Notes under the pieces: model-generated
Told to the model about the DNA's origin: nothing
The model's database searches: none
The model's input: the letters and a program-made list of their open reading frames with translations, nothing else
Assembly: GCA_013359255.1 (NCBI GenBank)
Contig: JABWCF010000015.1
Span: forward strand, 26 to 64,025
Direction: 5' to 3'
Origin: Flavobacteriales bacterium
GTDB lineage: Bacteria; Bacteroidota; Bacteroidia; Flavobacteriales_E; Vicingaceae
DNA: 64,000 bases
Translations under genes and position numbers: made by a program
Part shown: positions 28,425 to 36,545 of the stretch, piece after piece
Layout: each line of letters begins with the position of its first letter
Position numbering within the stretch: position 1 is the stretch's first letter

Positions 28425-29759
28425 ATGTCATACAACAAAACAGGAAACAGGCCATTTGAATTTGCTAGTAAGAGCAACCATATTCATATTATCAAAGACC
28501 CAGAAGTTCAGAAGTTTTTAAGCCAACACGAACTTCCCAAAGAGGGTGATGAAATTTCTCTATTTGACCATTATTTGGTGGATATAAATTATGATGTTGC
28601 AGATTCTGTAGAATTCATTATAGCAGTAGATGGAGGTGATACAACAGTTCCAGTCAAATCAAAATTCCCTTCTTCAACAATAACCTTTTTTCAGTTTGGG
28701 GCTAACTTATTGAAAATTTCAGACCTTAAAGAATTGAGGGAGCAACCTTTCATTTCTCCACAATCAATCTCAAAACTAAAAGAATTACAGCGGATAAAAT
28801 TTACCTTACCGACCAAGAACATTGGCTTAATTGATGAAAATGGTAAACGAGCAACACTGACTTATTCTGTCAGAAAAGCCCTTTATGAATTTTTCAAACA
28901 ACACGATTTCCTATCAACTTTGAAATGGTTTCTTTTTGAAGAGTACAAGAAAAATCCAAAGTCGGAAAGAGAACTTGCAAGCCACCCAAATAATTCTGCT
29001 ACAAAGAAAGTGGTTATTCAAAGAGATAAAATCAATTCCGAATATAAAATACCACACGCAGACGGTGATTTGTTTTTGACAGATATTTTTAGGCTTCACG
29101 AAGTAGTGGATGAAGATTTAGGTGCAGGAGGTATTGTTGGCTATTTAAGAAATTTGATTGAACATTTCATTCTGATTGACACCATTAGAGGATTGTATAG
29201 AGTTAAGAAAGATACCTTAAAAGAGGTGTTATTTGTAAAAGATGGCCCATTAGGTTTCTTTGGACAAACTGCGAATATGCACGAGCCTATGAGAGAATTG
29301 TTGAATCACCTTAATTCTGAATTAAATATCTTTTTAGCAGGAATAGAAAAATCAGGTCCTTTTGTAGAGCACGCATTGGAAATTAAAGATAAAATTAAGC
29401 AAGGACAGGCGTATTTACTTTCAAACAAGCACATTTACAAGTATATAAAGCCGGGTGACTCTGACAATCCAGAAGCGTATGGACGTTCCTCATATTATGG
29501 CAGCAAAGTAATTTTTAAGTCCAGAGATGAAAGAATTTACGTGGTGACTATTCCTACTGAGAAAAGTGAAGTAGTTCTTAATCCTATCAAGTCGGACTTC
29601 AAGCACATTGACATCATAATGAAATACATTGAACGACTAAAAAGTGATATGTATGATAATTCTCTTTTACCGATTGCACTTGCAAACAAACTTGTTTCAC
29701 TTTCAGACCATCCAAGCTCTGTTTTACTTGAAAAGTTTGCTAAACACAATATAAAGTAG
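28425..29759 (+). CDS. nurA: NurA-family nuclease
   Basis: IAVDGG, VKDGPL, GIEKSG motifs; directly downstream of HerA. Confidence 0.75.
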   Translation: MSYNKTGNRPFEFASKSNHIHIIKDPEVQKFLSQHELPKEGDEISLFDHYLVDINYDVADSVEFIIAVDGGDTTVPVKSKFPSSTITFFQFGANLLKISDLKELREQPFISPQSISKLKELQRIKFTLPTKNIGLIDENGKRATLTYSVRKALYEFFKQHDFLSTLKWFLFEEYKKNPKSERELASHPNNSATKKVVIQRDKINSEYKIPHADGDLFLTDIFRLHEVVDEDLGAGGIVGYLRNLIEHFILIDTIRGLYRVKKDTLKEVLFVKDGPLGFFGQTANMHEPMRELLNHLNSELNIFLAGIEKSGPFVEHALEIKDKIKQGQAYLLSNKHIYKYIKPGDSDNPEAYGRSSYYGSKVIFKSRDERIYVVTIPTEKSEVVLNPIKSDFKHIDIIMKYIERLKSDMYDNSLLPIALANKLVSLSDHPSSVLLEKFAKHNIK

Positions 29760-29787
29760 ATTATGAAAATGCTAATGCTTCACAGCC

Positions 29788-29844
29788 ACACACATTGCCA
29801 AGTCGCTCAAGCCGACACGCAAGCCAAAACTTGGCAAAGAGTGT
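29788..29844. repeat. CACATT...AAAGAG hairpin motif (X6, trailer of cassette 3)
   Basis: ACACACATTGCCAAGT...ACTTGGCAAAGAGTGT. Confidence 0.65.
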
Positions 29845-29897
29845 GTCTGTCCAACTGCGCAACCGACAGACAAACGGACGAAGAAAAAGAAGCACTA

Positions 29898-30035
29898 GGC
29901 GGTAACATCACCTATACGCAAGCAGGGGTTTCGTGCTTCGTAGGACAGGTAAGTGCCAAATTTGAAGTTCAGTTCTTCGTAGGAAGTTCAGTGGTTAAAA
30001 TCCCTGCCTGCGTATAGCTGAATCCCGTTGTGCGT
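29898..30035 (+). repeat. attC-like site D
   Basis: GGCGGTAAC-A-TCACCTATACGCAAGCAGGG...CCCTGCCTGCGTATAGCTGA-ATCCC-GTTGTGCGT. Confidence 0.88.
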
Positions 30036-30091
30036 CAGTGTAAAAGCGACAACCCGACAAGTAAAAACGAATGACAAAACATATTAATTGA

Positions 30092-31771
30092 ATGACCGAA
30101 CACGAAAAATTTAAAAAACTTCTAGAATACTTTGTGACCCATCTTGAATGGCTCATAAATAACGATACAAATAATCGTGGTTACAATTTATACCTAAAAC
30201 CACTAATTGATAAAAATGAATTTTACTCTACTGGACAGGGTTACAATAACGGAAACATACAAAAACATATTGCTGAATGGTGTCACTATGAGAATGGCGA
30301 CATATTTATTAACATTCAGTCGAATTATGGAAATTACAAGACTGTTAAATGTTATTTAAACTGGGCTGACACAGGATTGAATGTTATCGCTCGTTGGAAT
30401 GACAACAAAATTAATTCACTTGCTTTAGAAGAGTATCAATTTTGGCTTAAACCAACAAAAAGAATTGATTTAGGAATCAATAAGTCAATAACAGAACTTG
30501 GTCTCTTTGACAATAATACACCGAATGAGAGTTTAAAAGATTTCTTCAATCAGTTCGAAAAGTTAATCATTGATTGGAACATAAAAGAACAAAATGAAGC
30601 TCAAATGAAAAAAATTCAACCATACTTAGATTTGCTTAAATCATCCAAAAACATAATCCTTACAGGTGCTCCTGGAACGGGTAAAACATTTTTAGCGAAA
30701 CTAATTGCAAGACAACTGATTGGAGTAAAAACCGATGACGAATTAGAAGAAAGTGGACAATTTAATTTTGTACAATTCCATCCTTCTTATGACTACACAG
30801 ACTTTGTTGAAGGACTGAGACCGACTCCACCTGATGAAAACGGAATAATCGGTTTTGAGATAAAAGACGGAATTTTTAAATCATTTTGCCAAAAGGCATC
30901 TGAGGCAAATTTTTCAGAAATAGTAGACAATTTTGATGTGGCTTGGGAAAATCTTTTGTCTGCGATTAGAAACAATATAGGACAAGGAAATTTAACCAAT
31001 ATCGGTTCTTGGGATTATGGTCTATCATCAAAAGACTCATTGAAATACACATCAGTTGATACACCCTCACAATATAATTTTACAATAACGAAAAAAAATG
31101 TTTACGATGCCTATCAAGGTAAGAAAGCAAGACCCTCCGGTGCTTTTCAAAAGGATATGGAAGATGTCGTAAATTATTTGAAAGCACATTTCAATTTAGT
31201 CGATTTTGTGGCAGGACAGGAAAATTCAACAAATGGATTAAAATACTTTGTTTTTGTCATTGACGAAATTAATAGAGGTGAAATCTCAAAAATATTTGGA
31301 GAATTATTCTTTTCGATTGACCCAAGTTATAGAGGTAAAAAAGGTGCAGTTAAAACTCAATATTCTAATTTACATAATGATGAAAAAGAGGTTTTTTATG
31401 TACCCGAAAATGTTTACATAATCGGCTCAATGAATGACATCGACAGGAGTGTTGAAAGTTTTGATTTTGCAATGCGAAGACGTTTTACTTGGATTGAGAT
31501 TACAGCAGAACAAAGTGCCGATAATATGAATTTGCCACAAGACATTAAAGAAAGAATGTTGAGGTTAAACAAGCAAATTTCTGAAACAGAAGGTCTTAAT
31601 CCTTCTTACCACATTGGCGCAGCTTACTTCTTAGATTCAAATGGTAATGCAAGACAAGACATTGACAACATTTGGAATTTACGAATCGAGCCACTTCTGA
31701 AAGAGTATTTGAGAGGAATGCCTGACAGCATTGATAAAATTGAACTTTTGAAAAATGCCTTTACAGCCTGA
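30092..31771 (+). CDS. mcrB: McrB-family AAA+ GTPase
   Basis: GAPGTGKT, FHPSYDYTDFVEG, IDEINRG, MNDID (NxxD), DFAMRRRF. Confidence 0.9.
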   Translation: MTEHEKFKKLLEYFVTHLEWLINNDTNNRGYNLYLKPLIDKNEFYSTGQGYNNGNIQKHIAEWCHYENGDIFINIQSNYGNYKTVKCYLNWADTGLNVIARWNDNKINSLALEEYQFWLKPTKRIDLGINKSITELGLFDNNTPNESLKDFFNQFEKLIIDWNIKEQNEAQMKKIQPYLDLLKSSKNIILTGAPGTGKTFLAKLIARQLIGVKTDDELEESGQFNFVQFHPSYDYTDFVEGLRPTPPDENGIIGFEIKDGIFKSFCQKASEANFSEIVDNFDVAWENLLSAIRNNIGQGNLTNIGSWDYGLSSKDSLKYTSVDTPSQYNFTITKKNVYDAYQGKKARPSGAFQKDMEDVVNYLKAHFNLVDFVAGQENSTNGLKYFVFVIDEINRGEISKIFGELFFSIDPSYRGKKGAVKTQYSNLHNDEKEVFYVPENVYIIGSMNDIDRSVESFDFAMRRRFTWIEITAEQSADNMNLPQDIKERMLRLNKQISETEGLNPSYHIGAAYFLDSNGNARQDIDNIWNLRIEPLLKEYLRGMPDSIDKIELLKNAFTA

Positions 31772-33090
31772 TGAGAACAACCGACAATAATGGCGGAAAA
31801 AGTATTGATAAATCCGACAATTTAAACATTGCCGATTTATCAGAAATAGCAAATAGAAACCTTTTGGATTTACAAATAGAAAATCCTGATTTGCTTGTTT
31901 TTCCTCATTCATTTGGTAAATATCAAGACGATGTTGAAAAACCTCATATTTTCTCACTAGACAGTGAAAACCTGACAACATACAATCTAATGGGTTTTAT
32001 TGGCCGAAATTCAACACAACTTACAATTTCATCACGCTTTGCCAAAGATGAAAACAACGATTATTTTTTGCATTATATGTTGCAAAAAGTCTTTTCGATT
32101 AACCTTTTAAAATTTGACCAAACACCCAATAAAGAGAACATTTGGGATTTTCTTCTTTACCTTTTTCCGTACTATCTCAAAAAAGCTTATTCTCAAGGAA
32201 TCTACAAAGCATACAAAAAGGAGGAATACAATGACACTAACGTCAAGGGAAGTATTGATGTTAAACGCCATATTCTTAGAAACATTCCGTTTACAGGAAA
32301 AATAGCATATACTACAAGAGAGCACAGCTATGATAATAATTTAACACAACTAATTAGACATACAATTGAGTTCATCAGAAACCACCCTTATGGCAGTGGA
32401 GTACTAACGGGTGACAGCGAACTAAGAGACATTGTGAGTAAATTTATTTTTGTAACTAATAAGACCTACAATGGTAATTCGAGACAAAAGATTATTACAG
32501 CCAATTTAAAACCAGTTACTCATCCTTATTTTACGGAGTATTCTGCGTTGCAGAAAATTTGTTTAAAAATTCTTCGTCACGAGAAAATTACATTTGGCAA
32601 AGAAAAAGATAAAGTTTACGGATTGTTGTTTGATGGTGCTTGGCTTTGGGAAGAGTACCTTAATATCATTCTAAAAGAAAACTTCATTCATCCAGAAAAC
32701 AAAACAGGGAAACATCGACAATACCTATTTGAAAACAATATACAATCAATATTTCCTGATTTCATCAGCAAACTTGAACCAAAATCTGTCGGGGATGCAA
32801 AGTATATTCCACTTGACAGACAACAATCATATTCAGAAAATTCCGAAAAGGCAACAAGCATTTACTACAAGACAATTGCTTATATGTACAGGTTTAGTTC
32901 AAAAAATGGTTTTTTAATCTTCCCAAGACAAGACACGAGCTTTTTTGAAACATACCGCATAAAAGAGACAGACGGAACACTAAATAAAATTGGACTTGCA
33001 ATTCCACAGACAACAGAAAACTTTAAAGATTATATAAAAACAATGAACTTTAATGAAGAAGAATTGAGACAACATTTAATGACAAACTAA
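31771..33090 (+). CDS. mcrC: McrC-family nuclease subunit
   Basis: Coupled to McrB; LWEEY, PDF...DAKY PD-(D/E)XK motif. Confidence 0.85.
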   Translation: MRTTDNNGGKSIDKSDNLNIADLSEIANRNLLDLQIENPDLLVFPHSFGKYQDDVEKPHIFSLDSENLTTYNLMGFIGRNSTQLTISSRFAKDENNDYFLHYMLQKVFSINLLKFDQTPNKENIWDFLLYLFPYYLKKAYSQGIYKAYKKEEYNDTNVKGSIDVKRHILRNIPFTGKIAYTTREHSYDNNLTQLIRHTIEFIRNHPYGSGVLTGDSELRDIVSKFIFVTNKTYNGNSRQKIITANLKPVTHPYFTEYSALQKICLKILRHEKITFGKEKDKVYGLLFDGAWLWEEYLNIILKENFIHPENKTGKHRQYLFENNIQSIFPDFISKLEPKSVGDAKYIPLDRQQSYSENSEKATSIYYKTIAYMYRFSSKNGFLIFPRQDTSFFETYRIKETDGTLNKIGLAIPQTTENFKDYIKTMNFNEEELRQHLMTN

Positions 33091-33097
33091 ACACCGA

Positions 33098-33234
33098 ACG
33101 CACAACAGGCGTTTGGCTCAATGGCGGTTGAAGTGGTTAATTGAACATTCTACCTCGTATCAACTTTTGTGGTGTATTGACAGTTTTGTGCTCCGAAATC
33201 CGCCACTGCGCCAAGCGCCAAAACGTTATGTGAT
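33098..33234 (+). repeat. attC-like site E
   Basis: ACGCACAAC-A-GGCGTTTGGC...TGGCGG...CCGCCA...GCCAAGCGCC-AAAAC-GTTATGTGAT. Confidence 0.88.
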
Positions 33235-34309
33235 ATAATAAAAAGACGACCAACAAAAGATGATAGACATAATTGGAGACATTCACGGACACGCAGACAA
33301 ACTCGAAGAGTTGCTTTTAAAGTTAGGTTATACAAAAAATAACGGGACATATTTACATCCAGACAGAAAAGTGTTGTTTGTTGGAGACTATATTGACAGG
33401 GGACCAAAAATCAGAGAAACACTTCAAATAGTAAGAGCAATGGTGGACAGTGAAAATGCCATTGCAATAATGGGAAATCACGAATACAATGCACTATGTT
33501 TTCATTTCCAAGAAACCGAAGGCGGACACCTCAGAAAACATTTAATCAAAAATATTATTCAACATTACGAGACGCTCAAACAATTTCAAAATAGACAGAA
33601 GGAATATGAAGACTATTTGGACTGGTTTAAGACATTACCACTTTACTACGAAACCGACACTTTCAAAGCTGTTCACGCCTGTTGGGATAACAAAAACATT
33701 GAATATTTAAGAAACATTTTAGTAAATGACAGACTTACTGACGAACTTATTTATCAATCAGTTAAGAAAGGAACGGAATTAAATGAAGCAATAGACCAAA
33801 CACTTAAAGGCAAAGAAATGAAAATGCCGGAGGGGCTTTACTTTACTGACAAAGACGGAACAAAAAGAACTGAAATAAGAATAAAGTGGTGGGAAGACCC
33901 AGCAACTATGACTTACAAATCTATTAGTGTTGAACCAATCGATAATTTACCAGAGAAACCAATTGAATTATCAGAATTAAAATCGCTTGACTTTTACAGA
34001 GACAATGATAAAAAAGTATTCTTTGGACACTATTGGCTTAAAGGAGAACCTTCCCTATACAAGGAAAATATTTGTTGTTTAGATTACAGCATTGCAAAAG
34101 GTGGAAAACTTGTTGCTTACCGATTAAATGGAGAGACAGAATTAAACAGTAAAAATCTAACTTATGTCTAAAAGAATTACATCACATAACAGCCGTTTTG
34201 CGTCAGGCGGGGTGACGTGCAAACTTGAAGGTTTGTGCTCCTATTTAGCTTTGGTGCAGGTTGACAGCTTAGTGCTTCTATGCCCGCCCGACCGCAAAGC
34301 CGCAAACCG
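33226..34309 (+). mobile_element. cassette 5 (1084 bp): metallophosphoesterase
   Basis: Starts G|TTATGTGAT and is closed by ATCACATAAC at 34181 (10/10 complement). Confidence 0.82.
33260..34171 (+). CDS. calcineurin-like metallophosphoesterase (PPP/ApaH-like)
   Basis: GDIHG, GDYIDRG, GNHE, HAC, FGHYW, CLD motifs. Confidence 0.9.
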   Translation: MIDIIGDIHGHADKLEELLLKLGYTKNNGTYLHPDRKVLFVGDYIDRGPKIRETLQIVRAMVDSENAIAIMGNHEYNALCFHFQETEGGHLRKHLIKNIIQHYETLKQFQNRQKEYEDYLDWFKTLPLYYETDTFKAVHACWDNKNIEYLRNILVNDRLTDELIYQSVKKGTELNEAIDQTLKGKEMKMPEGLYFTDKDGTKRTEIRIKWWEDPATMTYKSISVEPIDNLPEKPIELSELKSLDFYRDNDKKVFFGHYWLKGEPSLYKENICCLDYSIAKGGKLVAYRLNGETELNSKNLTYV

Positions 34310-34311
34310 AT
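34181..34311 (+). repeat. attC-like site F
   Basis: ATCACATAAC-A-GCCGTTTTGCGTCAGGCGGG...CCCGCCCGACCGCAAAGCCGC-AAACC-G|AT. Confidence 0.85.
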
Positions 34312-34485
34312 AGAACGCAACCCTTACTCCAGAAAAGCAGACCCTCCCACCGGTCGGGATCTCTTCTCCACAACGCTTCGTTGCGTTCTATCGGTCAGGG
34401 CTTCTCGTTCCGAATATCCGCAACCCTGCGGGATGCGTCTATCAATGGCTTATCGCCATTGAAACGGAACGACAAGCCCGGACCG
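34310..34485 (+). mobile_element. cassette 6 (176 bp): ORF-less mini-cassette with G|AT core and a distinct palindromic site
   Basis: GATAGAACGCAAC (34309) complements GTTGCGTTCTATC (34380); CGGTCAGGGCTTCTCGTTCCG pairs with CGGAACGACAAGCCCGGACCG (19/21). Confidence 0.7.
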
Positions 34486-34686
34486 TTAGCGGTAATTATT
34501 ATTGACAGTTATTGCTATTATGTTAAGGCATCCCATAACGACAAAAAATGAGAAAAATAATATCCCGTTTATAAGGACATTAAAATCCAACTTTATCAGA
34601 GCGACTAAACCAAAAACAATAACTGCAATGACATAAGAAATACCAAGCCACTTCCAATCAATAGATTTTACAATATTTTGTATCAT
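34486..34686 (-). CDS. small membrane protein
   Basis: 66 aa with two hydrophobic helices; start overlaps the Fic stop; its TAA stop is the complement of the TTA of the cassette core. Confidence 0.55.
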   Translation of the reverse strand: MIQNIVKSIDWKWLGISYVIAVIVFGLVALIKLDFNVLINGILFFSFFVVMGCLNIIAITVNNNYR

Positions 34687-35477
34687 TTTATAGACTCTTT
34701 AAGTGCTTCGGGCAACATCAATAAAAACGGTAAACATCTATCCCAATAAAGGGCATAGTAATTATATCCCAATGCAATGTTTTGATAATAATCAGGACGG
34801 TTATCCCAATAATATTTTTCAGAATTTATAGACCAAGCCGACAAACCAAGTTTAGACACCAAAAACCATTTTTCAAGCAAACGTGCAGACCGACCATTAC
34901 CATCCATAAATGGGTGAATTTTTGCAGTCCACAAATGAATCATTGAAGCATAGTAAAAAACCTCTTTGTAAGACAAATCCCTTTTCAATAATTCTGATAT
35001 ATCATTAAACAATTTGCTTAATTCTTCATTTACAAACTGTGGTTCGACAGCCAAATAAACAGGTCTAAGTGTTTTTGAATCCCTCACTCCCACTTGCTCT
35101 TTTCTGACTTTTCCACGTAAATTGACAGGCAAAAGTGTTTTGGATAGTATTTCATGAATCTTAAGAAAATTGGTTTTATTAAGGTTGTTTTCAGAGGCAA
35201 ACTTGTATGCTTTTACTAAATCTTCAATCTCTTGCACTTCTTTTTTCTTTGGAAAACTTTTATTTCCTCTGTTTCTAAAAAAGCTGTTAGCATCAAGAGT
35301 GTTACCCTCAATTTTAGACGAGTAAAGCGAAGAAGCTATCAGATAATATTCAAAATCATCAGTTGTAAATGTTGACTTTGACCTTAATTTATGGAATACC
35401 TCTAACCAATCAATTTTGCACTTTGACGAGTATTTATCAAGGTATTCGGGCGATATAAATTTCAAGTGTTTTCCCAT
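34683..35477 (-). CDS. Fic family protein (class II, N-terminal inhibitory helix)
   Basis: HPFMDGNGRSAR canonical Fic motif; SSKIEG matches (S/T)xxxE(G/N). Confidence 0.9.
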   Translation of the reverse strand: MGKHLKFISPEYLDKYSSKCKIDWLEVFHKLRSKSTFTTDDFEYYLIASSLYSSKIEGNTLDANSFFRNRGNKSFPKKKEVQEIEDLVKAYKFASENNLNKTNFLKIHEILSKTLLPVNLRGKVRKEQVGVRDSKTLRPVYLAVEPQFVNEELSKLFNDISELLKRDLSYKEVFYYASMIHLWTAKIHPFMDGNGRSARLLEKWFLVSKLGLSAWSINSEKYYWDNRPDYYQNIALGYNYYALYWDRCLPFLLMLPEALKESIK

Positions 35478-35481
35478 AGGA

Positions 35482-35489
35482 CAAATTTA
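35482..35489 (-). promoter_or_regulatory. Bacteroidota -7 box for the inverted Fic cassette
   Basis: TAAATTTG on the minus strand, 4 nt before the Fic start. Confidence 0.45.
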
Positions 35490-35510
35490 CTATTTTTGAG
35501 TATATATAAC

Positions 35511-35647
35511 TACCGCTAACATCGGTTTTGCGTCAGGCGGGGTGACGGGCTTCTATTGACAATTTTGTGTATAATTGAAGTGCGGTTCTTCGTATCAAGC
35601 GTAGTGCTAAAAAGCCCGCCCGAACGCAAAGCCGAAAAACGTTATAC
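35511..35647 (+). repeat. attC-like site G
   Basis: TACCGCTAAC-A-TCGGTTTTGCGTCAGGCGGG...CCCGCCCGAACGCAAAGCCGA-AAAAC-GTTATAC. Confidence 0.88.
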
Positions 35648-35680
35648 CTCACCTTATGACATAACACCAAATCTAACAAC

Positions 35681-35887
35681 ATGAAAGTTAACAAAAAAGA
35701 AATAGCAAAATTTTTCGCAGGACTAACTGCTTGGGAAGCTATTGTTCATTTATCATTATCAACTTGTAATATGTTGCCAATTACTTGGTGCAATTTCACC
35801 CTGACAAGCACTTTAAACACAATACAAATAATAGTTCCAGGTGCAATTTCAATATTATTGACCTGGTATGCTTGGTTTAAAAAATAA
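35681..35887 (+). CDS. small membrane protein
   Basis: 68 aa with two predicted TM segments, starting just after the cassette core. Confidence 0.6.
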   Translation: MKVNKKEIAKFFAGLTAWEAIVHLSLSTCNMLPITWCNFTLTSTLNTIQIIVPGAISILLTWYAWFKK

Positions 35888-35891
35888 TATA

Positions 35892-36521
35892 ATGGAAAAT
35901 TTTGACCGTAAAAAACACTGGGAAAATATCTATCAGACTAAAGAACTGAAAGAGGTAAGTTGGTTTCAACCTACACCCGAAACTTCATTGGACTTCTTTA
36001 AACAATTCAACGTGCCTACAACTGCAAAAGTGATTGACATTGGCGGTGGTGATAGTTTTTTAGTTGATCATTTACTCGACTTGGGTTATCAAGACATTTC
36101 TGTTCTCGACATTTCAGCGGCTGCCATTGACAGAGCAAAACAACGACTTGGAGAAAGAGCAAAAAATGTAAAATGGATAGTTGCAGATGCTGCGACTTTT
36201 CAGCCGACAGAGAAATATGACTTTTGGCATGACCGTGCAGCATTTCACTTTTTGACAGACGAACAAGAAATTTCAAACTATATCGACACTGCACAAAAAA
36301 GTATCAAGCCAACAGGAGTTTTGGTAATCGGGACATTTTCGGAACAAGGACCAAAAAAATGTAGTGGAATAGAAATAAAACAATACTCGGAAACGACAAT
36401 GACCGACCGAATGAAAAAGTTTTTTGAGAAAATTAAGTGCATTACGGTTGACCACAAAACACCCTTTGACACTATTCAGAATTTTGTTTTTTGCAGTTTC
36501 AGAAAATTACAAACGGATTGA
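35892..36521 (+). CDS. class I SAM-dependent methyltransferase
   Basis: IDIGGGDS, DISAAAI, WHDRAAFHFL; ATG at 35892 is the likelier start. Confidence 0.88.
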   Translation: MENFDRKKHWENIYQTKELKEVSWFQPTPETSLDFFKQFNVPTTAKVIDIGGGDSFLVDHLLDLGYQDISVLDISAAAIDRAKQRLGERAKNVKWIVADAATFQPTEKYDFWHDRAAFHFLTDEQEISNYIDTAQKSIKPTGVLVIGTFSEQGPKKCSGIEIKQYSETTMTDRMKKFFEKIKCITVDHKTPFDTIQNFVFCSFRKLQTD

Positions 36522-36545
36522 CACGACACGAGAAAATAGAAGGGC

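Larger units (their letters stand above)
25265..30027 (+). mobile_element. cassette 3 (4763 bp): MTase-HerA-NurA
   Basis: Starts G|TTACCGCC and is closed by GGCGGTAAC at 29898 (9/9 complement). Confidence 0.8.
30028..33225 (+). mobile_element. cassette 4 (3198 bp): McrBC
   Basis: Starts G|TTGTGCGT and is closed by ACGCACAAC at 33098 (9/9 complement). Confidence 0.82.
34486..35641 (+). mobile_element. cassette 7 (1156 bp): inverted Fic + small membrane protein
   Basis: Starts G|TTAGCGGTA and is closed by TACCGCTAAC at 35511 (10/10 complement). Confidence 0.82.

Noticed and set aside
35556-35575. TTGACA and TATAAT hexamers inside the loop of site G
   Set aside because: The spacing is only 8 bp, and Bacteroidota primary promoters use a different consensus.
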